The notes beneath the pieces are model-generated. The model was given only the letters and a program-made list of their open reading frames with translations, did no database searches and had not been told where the DNA came from. A stretch of 64,000 nucleotides of DNA from Octopus vulgaris (taxonomy: Eukaryota): NCBI GenBank assembly GCA_951406725.2, contig OX597814.1, forward strand, positions 189,782,001-189,846,000. The letters are read 5' to 3'. The position numbers and the translations under genes are program-made. Positions 39,221 to 53,123 of this stretch are shown piece after piece (position 1 is the first letter of the stretch; every line of letters starts with the position of its first letter).

Positions 39221-40605
39221 AGATTGATGATACGTGTGTTAATACGACTATAGGTGCTAATCATTAACAGAAACAGTTATGAAACTATCACAGCTACAAT
39301 CTGGCCTTTGAAATATTAGAATACAGAGTTCGAAAAGATATTACTTCCAAAATTTTAAGATTCCAGTTATGTATCTTCTGTCACATATCTGGTTCAATCC
39401 TTCATCAGATTCATATGAAACCACAGAAGAATATGTTGAATATCCTGCAAGTTTCTTGTAAGATCATGTTCTAAGAATGTTCGGTTAAGTTCTACTTTGT
39501 AAAGCACCTCAACACTATTTAAAAACAACTGCAGACATTGTATGTTATATTTTCGTTAATAACGGATTTTACATGTGGATAGAACAAACAATATTTTAAG
39601 TGTTTCCTTCCACATATCCGATCCGATCTTTTATGGTTGTTTCACTCTGAACGAATGGGTATGCATCTAAAGTTATCTTACGCGATTTTGTTTCCGTTAC
39701 AAAAACAAAAAAAAAACTGATCCAAATAATTTCCAATTGAGTAACTTTCTTTTATCACTTCAAAGACTTCCTAAAATACCAAAGCCAGGTCAGGTGTTAG
39801 TCTTCGAAGAATACACATTGATTCAACGAGAATTCGTTACTGGAATTTCATTTGGCTCACCTGTCCATTTTCTGTAAAAATGATTTCGCTGAAGCACCAT
39901 AAAATACCATGAAAATGACGCTTCTTAAAAGATGAGTTAATTTTATAACTTAAACACGCCATATTGTTATGTATCTTCACGTAAATACTTCTCAAATTCT
40001 TTAGAGAAATTTCAACTAAATATGTTTTTTATATCTATTTCAATCTCTGACTGCTGTTTTTCTTTTCTTTATTATTTTCCTTCAATAATGCTTTTCATTT
40101 ATTTCACTGCTTTTTATTGTTGCTGTAGAGAAACGAATATTAATATATCTGTAGACATCTTGAAGGAAAGAAAGAATAATGTGAAATTACTACTCAGTCA
40201 TACGAAATTTCAGCTAGTCAAATCCTTGTAAGCTACACGTATATAAGTTACATTCTTACTCACCACATGCCTTTCAGTCTCATCTTTTCTTGCTCTCCAT
40301 CTCTCTTTCTCTCTCTCTCTCTCTCTCTCGAACACAAACACACAGACACAGACACAGACACAGACACAGGCGGTTTATAATATATTTAATGATTAATAGC
40401 TAACCAAATGTGTTTTACGATTTTTCTATGATAGTAACTCGCTAATTATTTCCATGCAAATAACTGTTATTCATTAATTTTCTTTAAATCTACATCCTCT
40501 CCTTAGACGGTCTACAATTTTCCGCATCAAGCATTGTTTTCTGTATACATATATATACATATACATATATATATATATATGCATATCTCTCTCTCTCTCT
40601 CTCCC

Positions 40606-40640
<35 letters not shown>

Positions 40641-40660
40641 ATCTATCTATCTATCTATCG

Positions 40661-40748
<88 letters not shown>

Positions 40749-40755
40749 GTATGTA

Positions 40756-40840
<85 letters not shown>

Positions 40841-41765
40841 ATCTATCTATGTATATTTATATATACATTTTTGTCTAAGTTTAGATTAATGTCTTTCTGT
40901 AACAGAAAATTTTTACATTACTCCACTCTTAATTATACGTTCTCAGAAACAATTTACGTTATCTACATCAGTCTATAAATACGTACTGTTTTTCCTTTTT
41001 GACCTTCTAATTAATTAGCTTCACTTTTCTTTTCACTTTTATATTCTTATGTTTATGCCTATATATATTTTTTATAATTGCTGTTGTACTTATCTCCATT
41101 TTATTGTTTCCTTGATAGCATTCATTTGTTCTGATAGGCATTGTTAACATGTCTGGATTGCAAAGCATTCGGTTCTTTAATGTTTATGTTCAAACTTCTT
41201 GTCAGCAAAAACAACGACTTATATGACTTCGTGATCTCCAAACACACGTAGGATGCAACACAGTCCGTGTTGCTCTCAAACCTCTTCATCCGTTCCTCAA
41301 GAGGCATCTAATTTTTCGAAAACTTCACTTCACACATTAATATATTTAGCTATTTCTTCTACTATAAGAAGAGTCCCCCAGACAATGTATACTCAAAAAC
41401 AATTCACGTAGGCATAGAGGGAAAAATAACGAAAGTTCACCCGGCATTTGATTACTTGTGGACGCGTTTCTGGGTTAGTTAGATATAGAGATGCTAGAAA
41501 TACATCCCTATTCCAGCATTCCAGTAATTTTAAATTTGAGAGCACTAAAAATCGAACATACCTATCTGATTCGAGTAACTTCAGACAAACCATCCTCGAT
41601 ATCCAGTACTAACGAATTCAAAACACATACTAAAGCGATGTATCTTTCCACAATCTGTTCTACTGTAAATAAAATTATTGCCGTTCCTCTGAACTCTCGA
41701 TGATTTTCTGATTTCCTTCCCTCACCCCAGTCAGTATCTCTCTTTATATTTTAGATTAAACTTCA

Positions 41766-41985
41766 GGCGGCCTAGCTGGCAGAATCGTTAGCACGCTGGG
41801 CAAAATGCTTAGCGGCATTTCGTCCGTTTTCACGTTCCGGGTTCAAATTCCGCCAAGTTCGACTTTGCTGTTTACCCGTTCAAGGTCGATAAAATAAGTA
41901 CCAGTTGAATACTGGGGTCGATGTGATCGGCTTTACTCCCTTCGCCAAACTTACTGGCCTTGTGCCAAAATCTGAAACCAATATT
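41766..41985 (+). mobile_element. tRNA-derived SINE (53736 family)
   Basis: tggcagaatcg A-box-like and ggttcaaattcc B-box motifs; ggtcgataaaataagtaccag body. Confidence 0.85.
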
Positions 41986-42371
41986 TATTACAGTAAAGCA
42001 GCGTACTAAATTCGTTTCAAGAATCTATCTAATGTTAGATTATAAGTTCAAATTCTGTCGAGTTAATTCTGCCTTTCATCCCAGCTAGATCGAGGATAAA
42101 TAAAATATATAATCAGCAGGGGTTGACTCGTTAAACGGAATTTGAATGGAAGGCTATCGTATACACACGCACGCGTTCGTGTGCAAGCATATATGTATGT
42201 ATATATGCTGCGACAAAATTTATCAACCTGCAAATCATGTCATCTAAATAATGCTCTGACGTATTGTTGATCGACAATTTAAAGTTAAAGTTGTCTTTTA
42301 TGCGTAAAATTTAATATCTAAACCATCATAGATAATTTTACACACCATACATATAACCACGCACGCACACG

Positions 42372-42431
<60 letters not shown>

Positions 42432-42579
42432 TGCATCAGTATGGCCGCAGCTATTAGTTGAAACTACGGAGAAAAATAAATGTGTGTATGTATGTATGTA
42501 TTTATGTATGTATATATATATATATTTTCTTTTTTTCTAGTTTCAGCTCAGAGCTGCGGCCATGCTGATGCACCGCCGT

Positions 42580-42606
<27 letters not shown>

Positions 42607-42611
<5 letters not shown>

Positions 42612-42783
42612 ATCCAAACATGAAAACATAAAGAGAAAACACAACAACGCGAGGACGTGGAACAAGTATAGTGTTATTGGACGCTCAGGAATGAAGGAAA
42701 GAAGGAGGGTCCAACGTTTTGAGCGGAGCTCTTCGTCAGGAACATAGGAAAACGAAAGATCTAAGGAAGGGAAGACGGAGGAA

Positions 42784-42785
<2 letters not shown>
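42607..42785 (-). mobile_element. PLE pLTR-like fragment with HHR relic (42713-42739) inside (TA)n
   Basis: CTGACGA-A-GAGC-tcc-GCTC-AAAA-CGTT; homologous to 3740-3920. Confidence 0.6.
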
Positions 42786-42845
<60 letters not shown>

Positions 42846-43785
42846 AGTTTCTTTTGCATATTCTTAGTTTATGCATGTGTATGCAAATATAGTATTGGTA
42901 TATTTTGTTCATTAGAAATTAAATAGATAAAGAATTTTGACATGTACGAATATCCCCCCCCCCCCACTGTATATATATATATTGACGTCTTTATTACTGC
43001 TATTTTTAGCAGGCCAGATAAGCAGATAAGTAACACTCGGTTTGTTTGCATAGGTACATGATCGAATTGTATTGAAGTAAAATTCGAAATAGAAAAACAT
43101 AAACAGATAAAAAAAAGAGTAATCTTAATCCAATTCTGTATAGAACAATGCTGTTGTTTTATTAACAATTCGCCTATTCGAATTCGTTTTTTTTTCTTCT
43201 AAAGAATCAGTAAAAACATATAATAATATAATATAAAGATATAAGAATATATATCTGTAACATAGCAATATGTTTCGAAATTTTTACTCCGGTATAAGCT
43301 AAATATATGTAAAGTAAAAATTGTTACAAAAATGACATAGGATTTCGGAACGTGCAAAAACACGTAAAATACACCACACAGTCACGTACATGCACACACA
43401 CACACACACACATACATACTCACACACTTGCCTCATGTGCTACAGAGAAAGCTTATGTATATATAGTAAACTCATACACGTGTATATAAAACGTTTAGGC
43501 AGAAGAAAACATATCAGTTTTTAAAGTATAATGGAACCGATTCGTTCAGCTCAAAACATTCTTCAAAGGCAGTACTCCAGTTTGGGCGCAGTCTAATGAC
43601 TTAAATTAGTAAACGATAAAAGGTAGAAAATGCACATTAATGCTCTTTACTCTTTTACTCTTACTCTTTCTATCTTCCTGTCTCTCTATCCCTCTCTCTC
43701 TCTCTCTTTCCTCTCTCTCTCTCTCTCTCACTATATGTATATATAAATATATGTAATATATATATATATATATATATATATCTTT

Positions 43786-44084
43786 GGAGAACTCCGTCGG
43801 TTACGGCGAGGAAAATCCCAGCTCGCTCGTGAAATTAACGTGCAAGTGACTGAGCACTCCACAGACACATGTACCCTTAACGTAGTTTTCAGGGAGATTC
43901 AACGTGACGCAAAGTGTGACAAGGATGACCCTTTGAAATACAGATACAACTCATTTTTACCAGCTGAGTGGACTGGAGCAACGTGCAATACAGTGTCTTG
44001 CTCAAGGGCACAACGCGTCGCCGGGAATTGAACTCACGACCGTACGGACGTGAGCCGAATGCCCTAACCACTAAGCCACGAACC

Positions 44085-44087
<3 letters not shown>
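43786..44087 (-). mobile_element. tRNA-derived SINE
   Basis: Minus strand tggcttagtggttagggc...gagttcaattccc; body related to 28863-29120. Confidence 0.8.
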
Positions 44088-44119
<32 letters not shown>

Positions 44120-44185
44120 GCGTATATATGCGTGTGTGTGTGTGCGCGCGCGCGTGTATGTGTGTGCGAAGGCGCGTGGCTTTTA

Positions 44186-44216
<31 letters not shown>

Positions 44217-45483
44217 TGCCAGCTTCAAAACAATTAATAAGAGATATTCAACATCTTTGGTCGATTTTGTGATGGAAGATACGAGTATTTCTATTAATCA
44301 CTACAGTTGTTTCAACGCATCTAGCATCGATCCCTCACAGGTGGGATACTTAACACCAGGTTCAGGAGCATCTGAAGGTACAGACGTTTCCTTGTACTCA
44401 ACTGCTGATACGGTCTGCTAGAAATTGTGTCATTAGTGGACCATTTATCTTAATTCTGAAATGTTAGTGATCTTTAATTTTTGATGTGAAGTAAAGAACG
44501 ATGACAAAAATGAAGAAAGTCTCCAGGTGCTAAACGTAGCAGCCATATTCCCTTAAGAAACTCCCCTTGATGTCTTATAAAAAGGAATGGTTTGTAGAAC
44601 AATGCAGTCTTCAATGTACAAAAGGATGAGGCTCAAATGTTCATAGCAGGAATACGCTTGATCGTAGAAAACCTTGACCAAGACTAACTTGGAGCGAAAA
44701 ACTAAAACACAACCACATGAGTAACACAAGAGCATTCATTTCCTGGAATTTTATTGCATCTTCACCATAGATCCTTGAATTATTAGAATCTAATGGTGTG
44801 ACCAGCAAGCCAGCCAGCCAATGATCTCACCTCACACAAATACACACACAAAAATAAAAAATAAAAAAAACAAATAGCAAGAATCAAATAAGTAACATAA
44901 TGCAATTCTCATGACCCAACGACCGGAAGTTGATATTATATCCTTTCGATCATTGGTTCTTTACATTGCAGAGTTAACATAATTATCGATTATAATTGCT
45001 TTAATCTTTATATACTTTTCTTATGAAGTTGCTGCTCAGCAGAAGCATAATTAATTATTAATGTGACACGTAAACACTTTTTATCACTATGCATGATTGC
45101 CTTCTACACGTAAAAGCCGAAACTACTGCAATGTTTGTTGTTGATGCTATTAAAATTCATTGTTCCTCGTATAGGGCATTGCTGGAGATATTTTTAATCA
45201 AGGCGTTATTGATGAAACCATTATTGTTGTTGCTGTTGTTGTTGTTGCCGTTGGTGTTACTGTTGCTGTTTTTGTTGTTCTTGTTATTAGCACAGAGACA
45301 TTTATGGGGTTTTTCCGCCATCTTCAGGTTAATAATGATTTGAAAAATATTTTGGTCTCTTGCAGACTTCACTTAACTTTTCACGTTGACGTTGTTATTA
45401 TTGTTCTCTATTTTTTCCCCATTGACTAGCAGCTAATTAAGATTATTCTCCTGTTCCTAAATACTATATACATATATTCATAT

Positions 45484-45543
<60 letters not shown>

Positions 45544-46249
45544 GCATACACTTTTATATGTATAAATATACATAAATACATACATATATACATATATATA
45601 CATATGTATATTTACATAAATGCATACTACTTTCTATGATCCATATCTATATACGTACGTACACACAATTCCACACTTATACACGCGCATATATATAACA
45701 TATATGAATATATATGCATATATATATGTATATATAAGCATATATATAAATATATATATATATATGCAAATAAATATGTTTATATGATCCATATATATTA
45801 TATATATACATACATACAAATATGCGAATGTATATGTGTGTGTGTGTGTGTGCCTGTGTGTGGATCAAAATTATATAGCTAATTGTACATGTGTGCCTGT
45901 TGTGTGCCCGTGTACACACACGCACGCTATCACACACAGACACACACACACACACACGCACACACACACACACACATACACACACACACAAACATCCAAA
46001 CACACACACACATATATATTTTCATATCAATCATAGATTATGAACATCATATATATATACATTTGTTTAAGAGATCACCCATGCTAAAGAAAGATGAAAA
46101 TATTTATTTCAGATAGCGTGTGAATGGATAAATTAGTTACATTAGAAACGTGTGTAAATAAATAGGTAATCAGCATGTATTATTAGAGACCCCACGTAAG
46201 ATATTGGACTAATTTCATTATATGTCTACATATATACATATATATATCT

Positions 46250-46289
<40 letters not shown>

Positions 46290-46382
46290 TTATATATACA
46301 TATGTATGTATATAGATATATGTGTGTCTATATATATATTTATATATATATGTATATATATATATTTATATATATATTTATA

Positions 46383-46419
<37 letters not shown>

Positions 46420-46572
46420 GTATATATGTATATATATGTGTATGTATATATGTATTGGTATCTGCGTGTGTATGTATGTGTGTATGTAAAGATAAATGTA
46501 TGAATACATACCTAAAAAGTGTGTTTGAATGTCGCTTTGCCTCTATACGTGTGTGTATGTATGTGTGTTTTT

Positions 46573-46668
<96 letters not shown>

Positions 46669-46809
46669 ATGTGTGTTCTATTTGCCGTATTAAGATTTTA
46701 GTAAAAGTTGATTTAAAATTCAACAGTTTATGAAGACGCATAAGAGAATGTCTAGGTATTTAGCCAAAAGCTTGTGACCAACTTTATAGAAAACATGAAA
46801 TATAGCAGC

Positions 46810-46834
46810 ATAATAATAATAATAATAATAATAA

Positions 46835-46865
<31 letters not shown>

Positions 46866-47007
46866 AAGAAGAAGAAGAAGAAGAAGAAGAAGAAGAAGAA
46901 GAAGAAGAAGAAGAAGAAGAAGAAGAAGAAGAAGAAGAAGAAGAAGAAGAAGAAGAAGATGAAGAAGAAGAAGAAGAAGAAGGAGAAGAAGAAAAATGAT
47001 AATAATA

Positions 47008-47038
<31 letters not shown>

Positions 47039-47040
47039 AC
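46810..47040. repeat. (AAT)n-(AAG)n-(AAT)n microsatellite
   Basis: Directly visible. Confidence 0.95.
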
Positions 47041-47639
47041 GCCCTGAAGCTGTACCAGGCTTGTTTTGTCTTAGTATAGAAGATAGGCTACAGCAAATAT
47101 TCTGCTCAATACCACAGACTTGTTTGTCAGTTGTTTGACCTTAACGGGTTGAGCATGGACTTTAGTGGCTGATAATATGTGCAGAAGTTTTGGAGGAGCA
47201 TTATAGCCATATGTTGAGAGGATTTATTTGGGGTTTGAATAATTTAACTCTGGAAACATGGGTGTTTCGTTCAACATCCATAAACAACCCATATTAAGAG
47301 ACTTTTTGAGCGGGATGGGCTACTCGACCTGAAGAAAATTGTAACTGGTCCCCGGCTGAAGATCATGCCCTGTTTATCTTGATATGAGATCACCTTGTCG
47401 CGCACATTTGGTTGTGATGCAAGTGCCTGGTGTACTCTTATCAGACGGATAGTCATGATTGGTATACTGGGCTTCGTATATTTTACCCCAGTGTCACTCT
47501 GATGGCATGCACTCCTCTGGTTTTGATAAAATAAAGTAGCAGCTAAGTACTAGTGTCAGTGGTGTGAACTAATTCCCTAGCCCCGAAATTCCAGCTCTTT
47601 GCCTATGCGAGAAGCATTATTATTAATATTATTACAAAG

Positions 47640-48056
47640 ACAGCGGTTATTGCGTGGATGCTCACTATGGATCCTTACCTCGAATTAGAGAGAACATTGG
47701 ATGGAGCCAAGACTTCAATGCTAAGACTAACACCTGAATATCACCTGGAGAGATCCTCTAACCAATGAGCGATTACATGGAAACATTCGTCTGGTATCAG
47801 ACATTAGCAAAGAGTGTTGAGTCAGATTCGCAGAGCATTGCTGGGGAGCTGGCGACGAAATTGTTAGTGAAATTCCTTTGTTAGAGCCTACAAGAGAAGG
47901 AGTTGGTAGTAGACCACAAGTTAAGATTTATATCAAGCAGATTTATGACGGAATGAACTGCAATCGCTCTGACCTGCTGAATATGATGGACAATAGCACT
48001 GAATGGCGACAGAGAGTATCGGGAATCCATGCAAACATCACTACTGGATGATGATG
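47640..48056 (+). mobile_element. Decayed RTE-type LINE 3' end
   Basis: Fragments LNITWRDPLTNERLHG, RFAEHCW and MMDNSTEWRQRV; (TGA)n tail. Confidence 0.65.
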
Positions 48057-48526
48057 CTTGTGGTTAGTAGAATCGGTAGAGGGCCGCCTTTAACTTTTGA
48101 TGACAAGTCAAATACTGAGATGGATTTATGGCAGAATAAATCTACCGTGAGTTTCCACAATGATCCTTCAGTTGTTCGACGAGCTGAACTTCATGTTTAT
48201 TGAGTACGTAAGTGGCTGCGTATACCATAGACACATATTCTTAACGTAATTCCCAATCTAGAACAGTGTGACAGGGCGAATTGTAAGCAAAGGCCATTGT
48301 AGTAGGCACGACAGGTTTCCATAGCTATTCCGTCCACCTAGTTCCGTTTACAATACTCGAGACGATGCGAAACCATTGCAAAAGGCACTCGTTCAAAATG
48401 TCAGTTATTGGAATCGAACTCAGGATCAGATAAGTGAGCTTTTTAACCGCTTAGTTACCATATCTTTGTTTTGATTTCACTGACTACACCATGCAACAAC
48501 ATCTTGTCCCTTATACTAATGCAAAA

Positions 48527-48563
48527 CAGTAGTAGTAGTAGTAGTAGTAGTAGCAGCAGCAGC

Positions 48564-48632
<69 letters not shown>

Positions 48633-48769
48633 GGTGGTGGTGGTGGTGGTGGTGGTGGTGGTGGTGGTGGTGGTGGTAGTGGTGGTGGTGGTGATGGTGG
48701 TAGTAGTAGTAGTAGTAGTGATGGTGGTGGTGGTGGTGATGGTAGTAGTAGTAGTAGTAGTGGTGGTGA

Positions 48770-48821
<52 letters not shown>

Positions 48822-48968
48822 GGTGGTGGTGATGGTGGTAGTAGTAGTAGCAGTGGTGATGGTGGTGGTGGTGATAGTAGTAGTAGTAGTAGTGGTGGTG
48901 ATGGTGGCGGTGGTACTAGTAGTAGTAGTAGTAGTAGTAGTAGTATTTGTAGTAGTAGTAGTAGTAGC

Positions 48969-49001
<33 letters not shown>
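48527..49001. repeat. (AGT)n/(GGT)n compound trinucleotide array
   Basis: Directly visible. Confidence 0.95.
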
Positions 49002-49003
<2 letters not shown>

Positions 49004-50205
49004 GAACAGCTGCAGCAACAGCAGTAGCGGTACATGAGAATCATCAGCATCAAAATTATTGCTGTGTTTATTGTATATAATCTGTAGTTTTCCCCTTGGC
49101 CTTTATTTGTTTTAAATATTTAAATATTTAATCGATAACCATTGGAAGGAAGAGAAGGTTAGATGCACCCAGGAAGTGCTTAGCTTACCACAGACTGATG
49201 AGTTCGATATGATTGATGTTTATCGTGATCTTCAGTCGGTCGATATCTCAAGAGTAAAATATAAACAGTGGGAAAACAAAAAATTCCTGATGGCTGCGGT
49301 TCTGGAAAGAAAATATAAATATCTGTAATAAACACCTACAAGAAGGTATAAATAAATAAATAAATAAATATTTGTTAAATTAGACGTGTGATCGAATTCT
49401 GAACTCTCGAAGGGATTTAACCTCGTCTTGATCTCGGCTCTTATTGTTACTTTTATATATTGTAGTAAACGCATATACAGTAAACCTGTAAGGGAGAAAG
49501 GAAAAACATTAACAATTATGAATGAGCGGAGGGTAAAACTGATAGAGAGAGGAGAAAACAAAAAAAAAAAGGAAGAGCTATAATGAAAAAATAAAAAAAA
49601 GTTCTCAACAAAATGTTGTATATAGTGAGATCCTGAGTTAATTCTTTTTATTATAACCACTGGTCTTCATATATTTTTCGATTAAATTTACATCTGCTGA
49701 GTTATATTTAATATTTAATATTTATAATACTGTTCCCAACACTATACGAAATCTAAATTCTAACTTTTCAACATGTATCGGCTCTCTTGTACATAAGCTT
49801 CCTCTGACATTTATTCTTGTACCTGCCAGTAATCAATTTGCGAATTTGCTATAAATGTATGCTTTTCTATATCATACATGAATTTCATTGAAAAAAATCT
49901 TCAATGCGGTTGCGTCAGGCATTACTAGAAAAATAAGAACATGATACAAAACGCTTCAAGTAAGATATAGGATCCCTAATGCCATTTCATGGACTTGCAT
50001 TTATTACTAACTGCTAAATTTGTGTTCCAAAAATTTATTCATTACTTATGTTTCGTAATACCTTATCATAAACTGCTAACGAAAATGGTAATTAAATATT
50101 TTACGCTTATCAACTTGAAACGACGTCTAACTGCGACCTAATTCAAATTAAACCGTACACAGGGGTGCGCCATTATACAATTATAATAATTTATACCGTC
50201 CAAAG

Positions 50206-50222
50206 GACAGGTGCATTTGCCA

Positions 50223-50276
<54 letters not shown>

Positions 50277-50294
50277 CTGGCAAATGCACCTGTC
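50206..50294. repeat. 19-bp perfect inverted repeats enclosing (TA)n
   Basis: GACAGGTGCATTTGCCAGT (50206-50224) / ACTGGCAAATGCACCTGTC (50276-50294). Confidence 0.9.
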
Positions 50295-50311
50295 AAATAT
50301 GTATATGCACC

Positions 50312-50465
<154 letters not shown>

Positions 50466-50491
50466 CATATACATATATACATATATATATA

Positions 50492-50526
<35 letters not shown>

Positions 50527-50712
50527 TAAGTTATTAAGGGTTTAGCAACGATTTGCCTCACCACACACCGAATTTAGAAATAGCAGTCAAAGAGTTATAG
50601 CTATTCTTTCTACTAAAAGGGAGATCTCAGTAAAACCACAGCACTTGAAAGGCAAACACAAACAGGCAAGAGAGAAAGAAATGACAGCAATCTATCATAC
50701 AATTTTAAGTCA

Positions 50713-50803
50713 CCTACGGACGTACGTTTCGAGATTAAGTTTTAGGAAAGCATAAGAATTAGATAATTATGTCTTACCCAACTTCTTCTCTCATCAGCGT
50801 AGG
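50713..50803 (-). ncRNA. Type I hammerhead ribozyme, intact
   Basis: CCTACG-CTGATGA-GAGA.. AAGTT...AACTT..TCTC-GAAA-CGTACG-TC-CGTAGG; 6-bp stem I, palindromic stem III, GUC site (cut between 50719 and 50718). Confidence 0.92.
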
Positions 50804-51294
50804 ACACTACAATTATGAATAATTGTATATTAAATTTCGAGATACTAGAGGCATCATCTCAACTCAGTATCAGAGCGAGCTAAAACCGTTACCAGTATCA
50901 CTAAATTCAAAGTGTGAATGAAAGTTTGTGTCAGCAACCCCTTCCCACCCGCGTGTAGCCAAGACAAGATGTTGCGGTCATTTACTGGGATGAAATATGG
51001 TTATCAGTGATAAAATAGGGTAAAACTAATTAATTTGGAATAATCATTAATTTCACCAAGTAGATTTCGGCATGTAAAAGCCTCGTTCGAGGAAAGTTTA
51101 AGTAATACTAAGTAATTAAGGGTTTAGCAACGATTTGCCTCACCACACACCGAATTTAGAAATAGCAGTCAAAGAGTTATAGCTATTCTTTCTAATAAAA
51201 GGGAGATATCAGTAAAACCACAGCACTTGAAAGGCAAACACAAACAGGCAAGAGAGAAAGAAATGACAGCAATCTATCATGCAATTTTAAGTCA

Positions 51295-51385
51295 CCTACG
51301 GACGTACGTTTCGAGATTAAGTTTTAGGAAAGCATAAGAATTAGATAATTATGTCTTACCCAACTTCTTCTCTCATCAGCGTAGG
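51295..51385 (-). ncRNA. Type I hammerhead ribozyme, intact (identical to 50713-50803)
   Basis: Same sequence, 582 nt away. Confidence 0.92.
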
Positions 51386-51473
51386 ACACTACAATTATGA
51401 ATAATTGTATATTAAATTTCGAGATACTAAAAGGCATCATCTCAACTCAGTATCAGAGCGAGCTAGTGTGTGT

Positions 51474-51752
51474 GGAGGCGCAATGGCCTAGTGGTTAGGG
51501 CAGCGGACCCGCGGTTGCAGGATCGCGGTTTCGATTCCCAGACCGGGCGTTGTGTGTGTTTATTGAGCGATAACACCTAAAAGCTCCACGAGTCTCCGGC
51601 AGGGGTTGGTGATCCCTGCTGTACTCTTTCAACACTCTTTCTTTTGTTGGCCTGCTCGCTTAGCCAGCGAGGTGACGTCATACGAAGGCTAAAACAATGC
51701 GAACGCATTGTGACCAGCGATGTGTAACAACATCTGATGGTCTGGTCGGTCA
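51474..51752 (+). mobile_element. tRNA-derived SINE
   Basis: TGGCCTAGTGG A box and GGTTTCGATTCCC B box; head related to the 28558-28862 family, different 3' half. Confidence 0.85.
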
Positions 51753-52235
51753 TATATATATATATATATAGAAGAATACAGTGTACGTTCAAACACAAAA
51801 GAGATACCCGAAGAATAGGATATCTGACTCGCTAAAAAGAGCAGTTAAAACTCCAAGCCACCAATTGTTGTAATTCCGAAAGTGATTGAAAAATAAAAAC
51901 TTTTACCTTAATCCTAGACCCTGCAAGGTTTCTGCAGACTTAAATACAGATTGAAATAAAATAATTTCAGTCTATATCTGGTGCTGCTTCTTCAGTAGGT
52001 TGCCAGGACTGAACACATAGGCACGGAGCGATAAATAATCCGCCACGTGTCTATAGGTTCTAATTTTTCGAATCTACCGCGCAGAAGCGGAACTTAACCA
52101 GCAGTAAAAAAAGGAATTGCCGATTTTCTTCCAGAATTAGCCAAAAAACATTTTATCATTAATTAAAATCATAGGGTAGCAAGAATATTCATCGAAAAAT
52201 TCTTAGTTACCAGTGGTTTAACGAGAAAGAATATG

Positions 52236-52275
<40 letters not shown>

Positions 52276-52356
52276 TCCCGGGTTGATTCGGGGTTAACCA
52301 CAGTAAGTAAGGTACTCAATACATAGCAGAGTAAAATTAATTTATTATATAGAAGG

Positions 52357-52407
52357 AGCTTCTACAGGACTAGTACTGTTTCATTCAAGAGAAATCTTCA
52401 GGAAGCT
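52357..52407 (-). ncRNA. Type I hammerhead ribozyme, intact
   Basis: AGCTTC-CTGAAGA-TTTC-tctt-GAAT-GAAA-CAG-tactagtc-CTG-TA-GAAGCT. Confidence 0.85.
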
Positions 52408-52785
52408 ATTTAACAAGAATTGTATTAGCATTTATACATTTAGGCAGGTTTAAAGGAGTGGTGGTGGGGGACTTTTTTGGGGGTAGGCATAGCGCAAAAT
52501 ATCATACTTGGGGGAGTGGTCAAGGAGTCAGTGGTAAGTTAGATGAAAGAATAAATAAATAAAAAAAAAATAAATAAATAAAAAAATAAAAAAAAAAAAA
52601 ATAAAAAAATAAAAAAAAAAAAAATTAAAAAAATAAAAAAATAAAAAAATAAAAAATATATATAAAAAATATATGTATAAAAAAATATATATATATAAAA
52701 AAAGGGGGGATAGAGTTATAGGTAAATAAGGAGATTCTCACTTATACCTATACACATATGTATACGTATCTACACACATATATAT

Positions 52786-52832
<47 letters not shown>

Positions 52833-53072
52833 CACATATACATACATATCTACATACACACATACATACACCCGCCCACATATACAAATTTATACACATG
52901 CACATGCATATACCTGTCTACACATACACACACGTATATGCATGCATGGGAGTGAGTGTATGCATATATACGTGTGTGTATGTGTAGACAGGTATATGCA
53001 TGTGCATGTGTATAAATTTGTATATGTGGGCGGGTGTATGTATGTGTGTATGTAGATATGTATGTATATGTG

Positions 53073-53123
<51 letters not shown>

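Larger units (their letters stand above)
50523..51465 (-). mobile_element. Retrozyme-like / PLE pLTR partial tandem: 360-bp direct repeats (50523-50882, 51105-51465), period 582 bp
   Basis: About five differences between the copies by eye; each carries an intact HHR; no ORF. Confidence 0.85.

Noticed and set aside
41122-41307. ORF MPLEERMKRFES... as a Thg1-like protein start
   Set aside because: Resemblance is limited to a few residues; the catalytic R-x-DG motif is absent.
44299-44343. Minus-strand CTG-TGA...GAAA-CAACTG-TA motif as a functional ribozyme
   Set aside because: The core has a deletion and stems II and III are imperfect; counted only as a relic.
48455-49080. Poly-S/G, poly-V and poly-L/P ORFs
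   Set aside because: Trinucleotide repeat artefacts.
49193-49240. CTGATGA / TCTTCAG hairpin as a hammerhead
   Set aside because: No correctly placed GAAA, stem III or cleavage triplet on either strand.
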